From contig PRDI01000117.1 of the NCBI GenBank assembly GCA_003345595.1, positions 1 through 45,187 on the forward strand: a stretch of 45,187 nucleotides of DNA, written 5' to 3'. The stretch comes from Candidatus Thorarchaeota archaeon. Its GTDB lineage: Archaea; Asgardarchaeota; Thorarchaeia; Thorarchaeales; Thorarchaeaceae. The position numbers and the translations under genes are program-made. A model generated the notes under the pieces. That model worked only from the letters and a program-made list of their open reading frames with translations. It searched no databases and was not told where the DNA came from. Positions 9,247 to 18,379 of the stretch are shown here, one piece after another. Each line of letters starts with the position of its first letter. The stretch's first letter is position 1.

Positions 9247-9996
9247 ATGGACGACGAATGCGGTCAATGGGAGCGGCTTGCTGGTGAGTTCGCAGAAACC
9301 GAGAAGTACTTTCAGGCTGCGAAGCAGTACAAGCAGGCTGCAAGCTGTTATCTTGAGAGAGTCGTAGAAATGACCAGAAAGGCAGCCGAGTACTTCCATC
9401 TTCATGCAGAGGATAGCCTTGAGAAGGACGATCACAAGGCAGCTGCACTAGCTTACTTCGAGGCCGCGACTCAATACAAGGAGCTGAGTGACTTCGCCAC
9501 AGCTCTGACTTTGTTCGAGAACGCTGCCAGAGAGGCCCTTGAGGGAAGAATGACTGAGACTGCGGCCCAATCCTACCTCTGGGCTGCTCATTCTTGTCAC
9601 AAGCTTGGCAACAGCGAGTACTTCCTCACATGTGCCGACAATATGGGTCAACTCTATGATAAGGCCGCAGACGAAGCTCTTCAGGAGGGCAAGGCTGAGC
9701 GAGCTGTGATAGACCTTTCACTGGCCGCGATGGGTCTTGCCACAATCGAGAAGACCATCGAGGCAAAGAAGCGCATTGACAAGGCCAAACGTATCGTCGA
9801 CAAGACTCCATGGGATTGGCTCAAGAGCCTTCTCACCTTCAGCCAAGCGCTCACTGAGAACAGACTTGAGGAAGCAGAGGATCTGCTGAGGACCTTCAAA
9901 CAAGAAGAAACCATCCAAGAAGTCATGGACGCTTGCCTTAGCATCCTCGAAGAGCGCGAGAAGAAGAGAAAGAAGCCGGAAAAGAAAGTGAGCTAG
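9247..9996 (+). CDS. SNAP-like/TPR-like alpha-solenoid protein
   Basis: All-helical Ala-rich repeats (AAxxY/F..AA: QAAKQYKQAASCY, KAAEYF, AAALAYFEAA, AAQSYLWAA); basic C-terminal tail. Confidence 0.75.
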   Translation: MDDECGQWERLAGEFAETEKYFQAAKQYKQAASCYLERVVEMTRKAAEYFHLHAEDSLEKDDHKAAALAYFEAATQYKELSDFATALTLFENAAREALEGRMTETAAQSYLWAAHSCHKLGNSEYFLTCADNMGQLYDKAADEALQEGKAERAVIDLSLAAMGLATIEKTIEAKKRIDKAKRIVDKTPWDWLKSLLTFSQALTENRLEEAEDLLRTFKQEETIQEVMDACLSILEEREKKRKKPEKKVS

Positions 9997-11243
9997 CCGA
10001 CTCTCACGAGCGCTGTCTTGACAATCTCATCAGCCTGATTCTGTTCCCTTACCTTCACCGTCACGAGGGACTCACCCGCCTTAACAGATCGCATGTACAA
10101 CTGGAATCTCATGTGTTCGCCAGTTCCGATGAACTGTATGGTCTTCTGTCCACTTCCCATCGCGAGTTCGAGACCTGGTGAGAACTCAGTGTTCACATCG
10201 ATGTTGTTTGCCGGACCATCACCACGGTTCATGAGGATAACATCCAAGACGACCTCATCACCAAGTCCGCAACTGATTCTCTGGGGAGACAGATCAACCT
10301 GTAGGAGGGCGGGCGCTGGGGCGACCTCAAAGGCGACCGAGTCACTGTGTTTGTTCACCAGCACCTTGTCCCCCTCAAGCGTCAGCTTCAGGGGGCCAAC
10401 GACTGCACTACCATTCAGGATGGGGTTCACTTCTATGAGCCATGACTCTTCCTTTGCGTTGGCTCCCGTGATCTTCGGAGCCTTCGTGAGGGTCAGGTTG
10501 CTGGATAGCGCGATGCGATGATCGATGACACGAACAGGCACCGGGCACTTGTAGCGAAGCTCAAACTCTATCGGTGTCTTCACTCTGATTATGTCATCCT
10601 TGCGGCCAGCCCACTCTAGAGAGACCTCGGTTTCCAGGGCAAGCCGCAGCGATGACGCAACAAAGGTGACTAGGGTCGATTCAACTGACTTTGTCTTAAA
10701 CTGCTCCACAATCTTTGCCAGCTCGCGAGCGTCTGCAGCCTCGCCTTCGCATAGAATCTTGACACCCATCGTGGCCAAATCGTAGGCTGAAACCCTTGGA
10801 GATGCTGCCCCCGTGAACCGCTTCTCAGCCTTTCTGAACAGGTTCGTTGCCGTGTCGAAATTGCGAGCGGCCAGATAGCAGAGAATCGACATAGACAAGG
10901 CACGCGCGGATTCATTGATCTTTTTCTCCCGATGGTAGTGGTCAGATGCCTCTGAGAAAATGGCGCCGCCTTCGTCAAAGCGCCCGTCCGCAATCAGCGC
11001 CTCTGCAGCATCTGTCTTCATGGCAGCCGCACGTAAATGGTCGTCCTTCTCCAATGCGCAATAGGCTGCTTCACGGAAGTACTTGACAGCAAAGTCTACC
11101 TCTTCGGCCTCAACGAATAGCCTCGCTGCCTTTTCGTACTCCTCGCTGGCATAGTCAGGATAGCCGGCTTCCATCTCGGAAAGGGCCTTCTCAATATGCT
11201 TCTTCGCCTTTGATTGTGGATCTCTTTTCAGGAATCTGACCAT
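9993..11243 (-). CDS. SNAP-like alpha-solenoid fused to two C-terminal Ig-like/CARDB-like beta-sandwich domains
   Basis: N-terminal ~210 aa of helical repeats (YASEEYEKAARLF, AVKYFREAA); C-terminal half beta-rich, including VILMNRGDGPANNIDV typical of CARDB-like folds. Start ATG 11243. Confidence 0.75.
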   Translation of the reverse strand: MVRFLKRDPQSKAKKHIEKALSEMEAGYPDYASEEYEKAARLFVEAEEVDFAVKYFREAAYCALEKDDHLRAAAMKTDAAEALIADGRFDEGGAIFSEASDHYHREKKINESARALSMSILCYLAARNFDTATNLFRKAEKRFTGAASPRVSAYDLATMGVKILCEGEAADARELAKIVEQFKTKSVESTLVTFVASSLRLALETEVSLEWAGRKDDIIRVKTPIEFELRYKCPVPVRVIDHRIALSSNLTLTKAPKITGANAKEESWLIEVNPILNGSAVVGPLKLTLEGDKVLVNKHSDSVAFEVAPAPALLQVDLSPQRISCGLGDEVVLDVILMNRGDGPANNIDVNTEFSPGLELAMGSGQKTIQFIGTGEHMRFQLYMRSVKAGESLVTVKVREQNQADEIVKTALVRVG

Positions 11244-11323
11244 CTGTACGTGCCCCTGTATCATCCGTTAGTTTCGAATAGGGCTTTGCTCTGAGTTTTG
11301 TGTGTTTCGGCGGAGATGAAAGG

Positions 11324-12532
11324 ATGCCAAACCAACCATCATACTGGAGCAATCCAACTTTGAAGGAGCACCCAGTCACTGTGACTCGATGTCGAGCGGC
11401 TGGCGAAGTGTTCGAAGTCGGTATAAAGGAGAATGTTGTGCGACCTGAGGGCGGAGGTCAGGCCGGGGATCAGGGAACGCTCCTCGTGCAGGGCAAACGT
11501 GTTCGATTCATCGACACAGTTCTGAGGGATGGAGAAACCACTCTGGTCGCAGAGCAGCCCGTTCAGGTGGTAGGGGCAACCACACTAGAGGTTGATATGG
11601 AGTGGCGAAAGGCCATGATGCGCAATCACACTGCCGAGCACATATTCGTGGGCAGCCTCAGAAGAATGGTCCCGGATCTTCAGCCGGGCTACATCTGGAT
11701 TGACGGCAGGCACGGCACAGTGGAGGTGACTGGCCGCGCAGTCACAATCGAGCAGATGATTACTGCTGAAGCAGAAGTTCAACGTGTCGTGAGCCTTAAT
11801 GTTCCAGTAACAAGCGATGTTGTGAGCTCGGACAGCCTTGACCCGTCTGTCAGAACGAGGGAAGGGGTAACCTCGAAACACGATATGCTCAGGGTTGTGA
11901 GAGTAGGCGAGTTTGACAGCTCAGCGTGCTCCGGCACTCACGTGCTGAATTCAGGAGATATCGGTTTCTTCAAGGTCATTGACTACAAGCTTGAGGAGTC
12001 TGGCGCTCGGTTTGAGTTCATGGCTGGCGACGGAGCCACTGAGTTGGCATCGAGGTTGCTCAACATGGTCCTGATGAGGAAGCATGACTTTCCATTCGAG
12101 TACGATCAGCTTGGAGCGGTCCTCGATCGTGCGAAGACTCTTTTGGCTGAGCGGAATGAGCTTCTGGAAGGATTCGAGCAGATAATGACTGAGCGGCCCT
12201 TGGCCGAAGATGTCAAAGGCATTGCCTTCTTCCACGAGTACCTGCCGGGTTTCGACACAGGTAGGATGAAACACGTAGTCAAGAAGATATCACTGAAGGG
12301 TCCGACAGCGATGCTGCTCTTCTCACCTGGTGAGAAATGTAATATTGTGTTTGCCATAAATGAGCTGCGGGTAACCGCTGAGGAGATTGCGGGTCAGCTG
12401 ATCAGAGCATTGCATGGAAAAGGAGGAGGAAGCCGAGATCTCTACACGGGTGGGCTGACAGGCGTGCGTCAACCTCGTGAGACCTACGAACAGCTCGTAG
12501 GCAGTCTCAGGCAGCTACTATCAGGGCTTTGA
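11324..12532 (+). CDS. alaX: Alanyl-tRNA editing protein AlaX (long form, with C-terminal DHHA1-like domain)
   Basis: PEGGGQAGD.G, HTAEH (HxxxH), CSGTH, C-terminal GKGGG. Confidence 0.85.
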   Translation: MPNQPSYWSNPTLKEHPVTVTRCRAAGEVFEVGIKENVVRPEGGGQAGDQGTLLVQGKRVRFIDTVLRDGETTLVAEQPVQVVGATTLEVDMEWRKAMMRNHTAEHIFVGSLRRMVPDLQPGYIWIDGRHGTVEVTGRAVTIEQMITAEAEVQRVVSLNVPVTSDVVSSDSLDPSVRTREGVTSKHDMLRVVRVGEFDSSACSGTHVLNSGDIGFFKVIDYKLEESGARFEFMAGDGATELASRLLNMVLMRKHDFPFEYDQLGAVLDRAKTLLAERNELLEGFEQIMTERPLAEDVKGIAFFHEYLPGFDTGRMKHVVKKISLKGPTAMLLFSPGEKCNIVFAINELRVTAEEIAGQLIRALHGKGGGSRDLYTGGLTGVRQPRETYEQLVGSLRQLLSGL

Positions 12533-12534
12533 GT

Positions 12535-12990
12535 TCACTTCAGGTCGTGCTTCTTGGCAACCTCAGCCCAGAACTTCTTGACAGCCCATGGTACCGCAAA
12601 GAACTCCTCTCTGAATTCGTCGAAGTTGAGTCCCTGTGTCATCATCTCCTGCGATGTCCCCAACATTCCTCTCTCCTCATCGAAGTCGAAACACACCTCC
12701 GCATACTTCCTGTTGCATGCGAGCAGGTCCTGCAACAGATCGGTCTTCTTCTCGGGAGGAACACTCTTGACAGGGTAGATGTCAGAACTCACTTGCACCC
12801 ACTTCGCGGTCGGCTTGATCCTTATGACATATCGGAAGTAACCCTCCTCGTCTAGGCGAGCAGCAGAGGCCGGACGGTCGTCCTTTCGCTCACTGAAAAC
12901 AAGCTCGAAGTAGCCCTCTTTTTCTTTCCAGGCATACTTCATCTTCAGAAGGTCGAGATACTCTGCCACTTGCGCTTTTACTTCTACCAA
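12535..12990 (-). CDS. YbjN/CesT-like (T3SS-chaperone fold) protein
   Basis: ~150-aa acidic alpha/beta protein with LL..LL..N...AEVCFDFDEE.G pattern. TTG start 12990 chosen; the ORF track extends to 13023. Confidence 0.6.
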   Translation of the reverse strand: MVEVKAQVAEYLDLLKMKYAWKEKEGYFELVFSERKDDRPASAARLDEEGYFRYVIRIKPTAKWVQVSSDIYPVKSVPPEKKTDLLQDLLACNRKYAEVCFDFDEERGMLGTSQEMMTQGLNFDEFREEFFAVPWAVKKFWAEVAKKHDLK

Positions 12991-13071
12991 TGGACTCTCC
13001 CTCCTTGTCGAGGGTGCTCGCATCTCATAAGCTTATTCGTCTTCAACCGATTGGAACACCACAAAGACTCA

Positions 13072-14658
13072 CTAGTAGGAGGTCTCAGTCCAGTTCACAA
13101 AGAATACCGACATGGTATCCCTTCCACTGATGACATTGTCCTCAAGATGAACAGTGTAGATCTTCTCATACGCTCCAGCTAGGAAGAATCTGTAGAAGAA
13201 TAGCTCGTCGAAGAATACAAAGTAGTCGCAGCCTTGATTTCGCAGATAGACAAGGGTTTCAATCGTGGTCATATTTCCGTGAGTGATGGCAGGCGTGATC
13301 AGCCCTGCTAGGTCAATGACAGAGCGATTGGAGAAGAATCGAAGCGCCCCTGCGTCATGAATGGCGAGGACTGCATCCTCAGGTGTGTTTTCCCTCAGCC
13401 ACAGGCCTATGTGGACCTGCTGCTCGTTTATGTTCTTGACCGCATTCCCAAAGAAAGGAGCTTGAGCCAGGTACCCGGGGACAAGTGGGATCACTACCAG
13501 AGCAATGACGACAGCATGTGTCAGTATCTTCAAGTCGATTCTCGCCTTTGGTCGCTCTGGCAAGGGCAAGATTCTACGCAGGGTGAGAACAAGCCCAGGC
13601 ACGGAGGTGATTACAAGCAAGTCGAAGACAGGAACCAGATACCGGGCGTTATTGATGAGCGCAATGTAGGGGGCATTTAGCCTGTAGAACAGGAGGAGCG
13701 AAACAGCAAGTAGCCAAGGATATGGCCTACCCTTGGCCGCAAGGTAGACTCCAGTAATAGCCGCTATCGTGATAAATGGAAACTCGAGCAACCATACGTT
13801 CCACCAGAAGGACCAGACATCTATTTCGTACTGAGTCGGCGTGTGGACCTTCGCGTAGAATGTGTCTGGAAACGGGAGTCCAGTCACACTCAGACAATAC
13901 GCAATCCAAGGGGCCGCGACAAGGAATGCTACGGCTCCAATCGACAAGAAGGATGCCAACCGCCGGAGACTAAGGTCTCTACGGAACCCAAGGATAACAA
14001 ACCTCATCGGGACACAAAGGACCAGTATCAGTACTCCCTCCGGTCTCGACAGGTACGCCAAGCCTGCTACCAGCCCTATCGCTGGATCGAATTTCATCTG
14101 GGGTTTGTCAAGCAGGTATACGGCGAGCAGAATCATGAACATGAACAGAGGCGTTTCCATGCCGGAGAGCATCAGCCAAGTGTTGCGTGGGAACAACACA
14201 AACCCTAGGACTGCAAGACATCCGACAGTCGTTTCCTGAGTGTAGATCCGTACAATCAACGCCACCAAGCATGAGGAGGCACAGTACAAGACTGTTGCCA
14301 CGATATACGTGCCCCAGACCAAGCCAACTGGGTCCCGCGTGAAGAGAAACAGAAACGAAAGCACAATCGACCACAGGGGGCTAGTGGAACCTGTTGACGG
14401 AATCCCTGGGGAGTACTCCCAAGGATGACCCTCGTAGATAGTACGGGCGAATTGTAGGTGTATCCACGAGTCATCCAGTGTGAAACCGGGCTGTGTCCAT
14501 TGTAGCATTGTGGCCAAGTAGTGGACGCATGATGCAACAGTCGCAGCTATTGAGAAAGCAAGAAGAGCTGAGGTATCACGGTCTGGTGGCAGGGAACCTA
14601 GAAAGCGATGAATCGTTCTTCGGCCGCTTTGAGAGAGGACTCCCTCACTGCTGTTCAT
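13072..14658 (-). CDS. Polytopic GT-C-type membrane glycosyltransferase (putative)
   Basis: DDSWIH in first loop, STSPLW, SGMETPL, SRPEG, PDTFYAK, RYL, C-terminal DAGA..FFS....DLAGL; many TM segments. Start ATG 14658 preferred over 14922. Confidence 0.7.
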   Translation of the reverse strand: MNSSEGVLSQSGRRTIHRFLGSLPPDRDTSALLAFSIAATVASCVHYLATMLQWTQPGFTLDDSWIHLQFARTIYEGHPWEYSPGIPSTGSTSPLWSIVLSFLFLFTRDPVGLVWGTYIVATVLYCASSCLVALIVRIYTQETTVGCLAVLGFVLFPRNTWLMLSGMETPLFMFMILLAVYLLDKPQMKFDPAIGLVAGLAYLSRPEGVLILVLCVPMRFVILGFRRDLSLRRLASFLSIGAVAFLVAAPWIAYCLSVTGLPFPDTFYAKVHTPTQYEIDVWSFWWNVWLLEFPFITIAAITGVYLAAKGRPYPWLLAVSLLLFYRLNAPYIALINNARYLVPVFDLLVITSVPGLVLTLRRILPLPERPKARIDLKILTHAVVIALVVIPLVPGYLAQAPFFGNAVKNINEQQVHIGLWLRENTPEDAVLAIHDAGALRFFSNRSVIDLAGLITPAITHGNMTTIETLVYLRNQGCDYFVFFDELFFYRFFLAGAYEKIYTVHLEDNVISGRDTMSVFFVNWTETSY

Positions 14659-15010
14659 CACTGCTGGCGCTCCCGCCTGATTGTCAGACACATCATGCCA
14701 TGACATAAAGCTTGAGGCCACAGTAGCCTGCTTGAAAGAACAAGCGGGACCTACTAGTGAGGAACCCACAAGGAATCCGCCTGTTACAAGATCTGCACTT
14801 CTGTTGTATACTCCTCCAGTCACACTCCCCCTGAAATCGGCCTTCCATGCGAGCGTCAGGCGAAATGGGTAGTTTCGGGCATCTCCCCCTAGGCCAGAGT
14901 CGTAGGTTCGATTGAACTCCACAACTGAGGAATAGACTTGGCAGACCGATATCCCGATTCAATAGGTCTACACTCAATCAGAGGGAGAACATACGTACGT
15001 CAGTCAGGCG

Positions 15011-16156
15011 ATGACTACTCAGGTCCGACTGGCTCGGGAACCCACGAGGAGAACTCTTACTGTATTCAGTCCTCCGGGTGTTTCCGTAGATACAGCAAGA
15101 TATCCTTTTCTCAGAGCTGGCGTCCTAGCTTCCACCGAACCATCAGAGTACCTATCGATACACGACCACCCTGAGTCTTGGGAAGGTCTAGACAGAGAAA
15201 CAGTGGCCGCAATGAGGCGTGGCCTCTACCGGTTTGTTATGCCAGTCAATGGCCGTGACATGGATCCGAGTGACGTGGTTGAAACCCTTCAGACCATCGC
15301 TCTGTCGGTCAGCCCAGTCGCCGTGAAAGTGAAGGTCGAAAGTCTTCCCAGCCGTCAGCTCCAGTCGCAGCTCGGACAGCTCCCTTCAGGTCCCGACGTC
15401 CTGGTAGAGTCTATCGAACTACTCTCAGAACCCGAGGTCAGTAAGGTCGCCGAGAAGATCACGCAGAAAGACATCCCAGCTTCTGATGGGATTTGTCAGC
15501 TCCTCGAGTATGACTACACGATTGACCAAGTGGCGCGCATCATGGCCGTCGGTCTTTTGGGAAGACTTCACAATCGTCGGTTTGTCCCAATGAGAGGTGC
15601 CTACAAAGCCGTCATCGACGCTTTCATCAACTCTGCTCTCATGCAGCTCGTTGAGAAACCCGAGTCCAGGCTATACCAGATTTGGGTCGGAAGGATGTAT
15701 GGTGACTCCTTCACAGTACTATCGCTCCCGGGCGAACCCAGAGTCGACTATTTGAGAAGCGAAACCTACGCGGGAGTGCGTTCCCAGGGATACAGTCTTG
15801 AGGATCCGCGGCACCCAACAACGGACCCTAAGACTTCCGTATACGCCGATTATGCGAGGTTCGCTGTCTACGCACACCTTGCCAGACAGAAGGAAACATC
15901 ACATGTTATCGTGCTCCACGAGTCGCTCAGCGCCGCGAATCAGGCGTTCGGGCCATGGATCGTGAGAGCAGGAGTCCTAGATGCACTCAACTCCACGCCT
16001 GTCACGCTTGACAACAAGCTGGATGTCGGAGTGGTTGTTGATTCCATTCTTAGCCCGAACATGAAGGCCGCACTCCGCGAGTCACCACTGCTTTCCAAGA
16101 CTGGACTCAGTGACGAGCATTCAGCCGCATTTGCGATTGCCCGTTCCAAGACCTGA
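15011..16156 (+). CDS. Divergent Nre-family (NreA/NreB-like) DNA repair protein
   Basis: SPPGVSV...YP.LRAG.L, DHPESW, GLLGRLHNRRFVPMR (cf. Nre RRLVPTRW), YA.RFAV..HL, GPWIVR. Confidence 0.7.
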   Translation: MTTQVRLAREPTRRTLTVFSPPGVSVDTARYPFLRAGVLASTEPSEYLSIHDHPESWEGLDRETVAAMRRGLYRFVMPVNGRDMDPSDVVETLQTIALSVSPVAVKVKVESLPSRQLQSQLGQLPSGPDVLVESIELLSEPEVSKVAEKITQKDIPASDGICQLLEYDYTIDQVARIMAVGLLGRLHNRRFVPMRGAYKAVIDAFINSALMQLVEKPESRLYQIWVGRMYGDSFTVLSLPGEPRVDYLRSETYAGVRSQGYSLEDPRHPTTDPKTSVYADYARFAVYAHLARQKETSHVIVLHESLSAANQAFGPWIVRAGVLDALNSTPVTLDNKLDVGVVVDSILSPNMKAALRESPLLSKTGLSDEHSAAFAIARSKT

Positions 16157-16188
16157 GAAAAAGGGAAGAAAGGGATAGGACAGGAGTC

Positions 16189-17157
16189 CTATACCTTCTC
16201 CTTGGCTTCCTTTCGTGATGCGCCTTTGTACATGAACAAGAGGCCCATAATCACGAGCAGGCCGCCAGACACCAAGCCCCCGCCAGTGAGCAGTTGGATG
16301 CCCAGAACACCCGTGGCTAGGGCCAATAGACCTGCGCCCACGAGGAATAGGATGAAACCGACTCCGATTCCTGCAGCCCTGAACGCCGCTGACCGAGGAT
16401 ACTTGCTTTCTATGACATAGCCTGTAGATGCCGCCACAGACGCCTTGTACTTCTTGTTGCCGTAGCGATACTCCAACTCCCACACGGGAACATGAACAAG
16501 GAAGGTTTCTCCGACATCTATCTTGTCCTGTCTTGTATCAATCTTGGAAACCTCTTGCATGATCAGTGCAGTCTGCTTCTCCAACGCCATCTGCTTGGCA
16601 GCGGCCTTAGCCTGCTCTTCGGACATCTGACTGTGGAGGACTTTGCCGTCATACTCCTCAGCATGGGCATGGCTGAAGTACTCCTTGGCCTTCGTTGGGA
16701 TGGGTTGGTTCTTGACATCCTCGTCAAGACCTTGCACACCTGGTATCTTTATTTCGTGCCGACGCACGAACTCGCCCGACTCGGGTTTGAGAAAGAAGCT
16801 GATTCTCTTGTAGGCGCCTCGCTTCTGTGGCCACTCATCGTAGAAGTTGGCGTCACGCCCGGATCCACTGTATGTCGATTGGGCATCCACACGTGACACC
16901 CAGAACGGGTACCAGATCTGTTCAGCCTTCACAAAACGAGCAACAGAACCGAGGTCACCAGGCGCTCCAAGCTGTTTCGAAACCCAGTCTAGTAGCGTTG
17001 TTTCTGCCTCAGTCGTGTCAAAATGAACACGGATCATATAGTGTTCTTTGTACTTCGTGCCTTGGGTAGTCTGCGCAGTCCCACAGAAGGGACAGACCAA
17101 CAAGACATCACCTGGACCGGTGTTGAAATCTGCATCACAAAACGCACACTTCGCCAT
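16189..17157 (-). CDS. Zn-ribbon membrane protein (YdjG-like), paralog B
   Basis: N-terminal CAFC-x14-CPFC; WYPFW and HVPVW motifs; SVAASTG; two C-terminal TM helices. Start ATG 17157 with GGGGTGA SD upstream. Confidence 0.75.
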   Translation of the reverse strand: MAKCAFCDADFNTGPGDVLLVCPFCGTAQTTQGTKYKEHYMIRVHFDTTEAETTLLDWVSKQLGAPGDLGSVARFVKAEQIWYPFWVSRVDAQSTYSGSGRDANFYDEWPQKRGAYKRISFFLKPESGEFVRRHEIKIPGVQGLDEDVKNQPIPTKAKEYFSHAHAEEYDGKVLHSQMSEEQAKAAAKQMALEKQTALIMQEVSKIDTRQDKIDVGETFLVHVPVWELEYRYGNKKYKASVAASTGYVIESKYPRSAAFRAAGIGVGFILFLVGAGLLALATGVLGIQLLTGGGLVSGGLLVIMGLLFMYKGASRKEAKEKV

Positions 17158-17162
17158 CTCTC

Positions 17163-18194
17163 TCACCCCTTCTTCTCCCGCTGAGTCATCAGCAACACCC
17201 TGAGCCCCAGAAAGGTCAACGCTACCCCTACTATCGCCGCTATGGCTCCACCAATCATGACTGCAGTCCCATCCGTCAACGTCGTCCCCAAGTAGGCAAA
17301 CTCTCCACCCACACCAGCCAGAAAGATGCCGAAGAAGCCCATGATTCCCCACATCATCCTCTGACTCTTTGTTACGGGTATCTCTCCCAAGACAACCTTG
17401 CCTGTGCTGCCGTCCAGAGCGCACTTGTACAGCTCGCCTTGGAACTTGTAGCGAACAAGCGAGAACGGTGCCTGCAGATATGTCGTTCCTCGAACGTTCG
17501 TCGTCGTCCTACAGTCGAAGAGCTCAGTGAGGCCGCTCTTAGCCTGGCTTCTATGTTTGTCAGCAACGCGACCGTGCACCGTTTTTTCAAACTCCTCTGC
17601 GCCAATCTCTGCGTTGAGCATCGTCGGCTGCATGTCTTTGACCTTCTCGAAGCTGTATGGGACTGTGTCCTTCAGGTCAATCGTCTGAAGGTACTCATCT
17701 AGACCATAGAAGCGAGACCCTTTTCTTGCCAGAAGCCGTTCATCAGTGTCTGTGTGAATCTCAGACTGGACAGGTTCATACCCTGGTTCGTAGTCAGTAT
17801 AGTTCTCGGTGCGACTATTCCCTTGTGAGTCCTTGACTGTCCTCGTCTTCTGAACAGGCACCTGAACGGTTCTGTAGCCCTTGTACCATGAATCGGCTTT
17901 CACCTTCGCGGTCCAGACCGGGACGAAGATCAGGTTGTTCTCGACCACCTGAGCCCCCTGCACGAGAGACTTGTTCATGCCCTTGTTCTTGTCGAGGAAC
18001 TTGCGAAATCCATCGACGCGCTCTTGGGCATCCTTGGCCATCTCCATCAGGTGGTCCCCGATCGCCTTCCCTTCAATCGTGGTCGTATTGCCACAGTACG
18101 TGCAGGTGATGACCACGTCGTCGGGACCCGTCCGGACATTGCCATTGCAGACCGGACACTTGAACATGTCCGCTGCCTGTCCTTCCTTTGACAT
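17163..18194 (-). CDS. Zn-ribbon membrane protein (YdjG-like), paralog A
   Basis: CPVC-x14-CTYC; FVPVW and QAPFS motifs; LDGSTGKV.....P; two C-terminal TM helices. Start ATG 18194. Confidence 0.75.
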   Translation of the reverse strand: MSKEGQAADMFKCPVCNGNVRTGPDDVVITCTYCGNTTTIEGKAIGDHLMEMAKDAQERVDGFRKFLDKNKGMNKSLVQGAQVVENNLIFVPVWTAKVKADSWYKGYRTVQVPVQKTRTVKDSQGNSRTENYTDYEPGYEPVQSEIHTDTDERLLARKGSRFYGLDEYLQTIDLKDTVPYSFEKVKDMQPTMLNAEIGAEEFEKTVHGRVADKHRSQAKSGLTELFDCRTTTNVRGTTYLQAPFSLVRYKFQGELYKCALDGSTGKVVLGEIPVTKSQRMMWGIMGFFGIFLAGVGGEFAYLGTTLTDGTAVMIGGAIAAIVGVALTFLGLRVLLMTQREKKG

Positions 18195-18379
18195 TGTCAG
18201 ACTCTCCAAATCCAATGAGTTGAAGCATAATGTCTTGCCTCCTCTATTATGACTTGTGGTGATGAAGGCCCATTCAGCCGCCCAGTATTTCAATGACGCT
18301 TGCCCCAGGGCCGGCATGCTCACTGCGGCTGATCGAATGCTGCTGAGAACCTCACACAGGACGCAGTTCTAGTTTGGAG

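Noticed and set aside
14659-14922. 88-aa N-terminal extension of the GT-C ORF
   Set aside because: No recognisable features; a minus-strand TTTATG box at ~14705 fits a start at 14658 better.
14700-15000. RNase P or SRP RNA (GAGGAA and CAGG-GAAA words present)
   Set aside because: No GAGGAAAGUCC / ACAGAA..CGGCUUA pairing for P4 and no complete SRP helix-8 motif.
18259-18333. Possible C/D-box sRNA (GTGATGA ... CTGA)
   Set aside because: No clear D'/C' boxes, spacers too long, and the CTGA is part of a TCAGCCGC/GCGGCTGA stem better explained as a trpS 3' hairpin.
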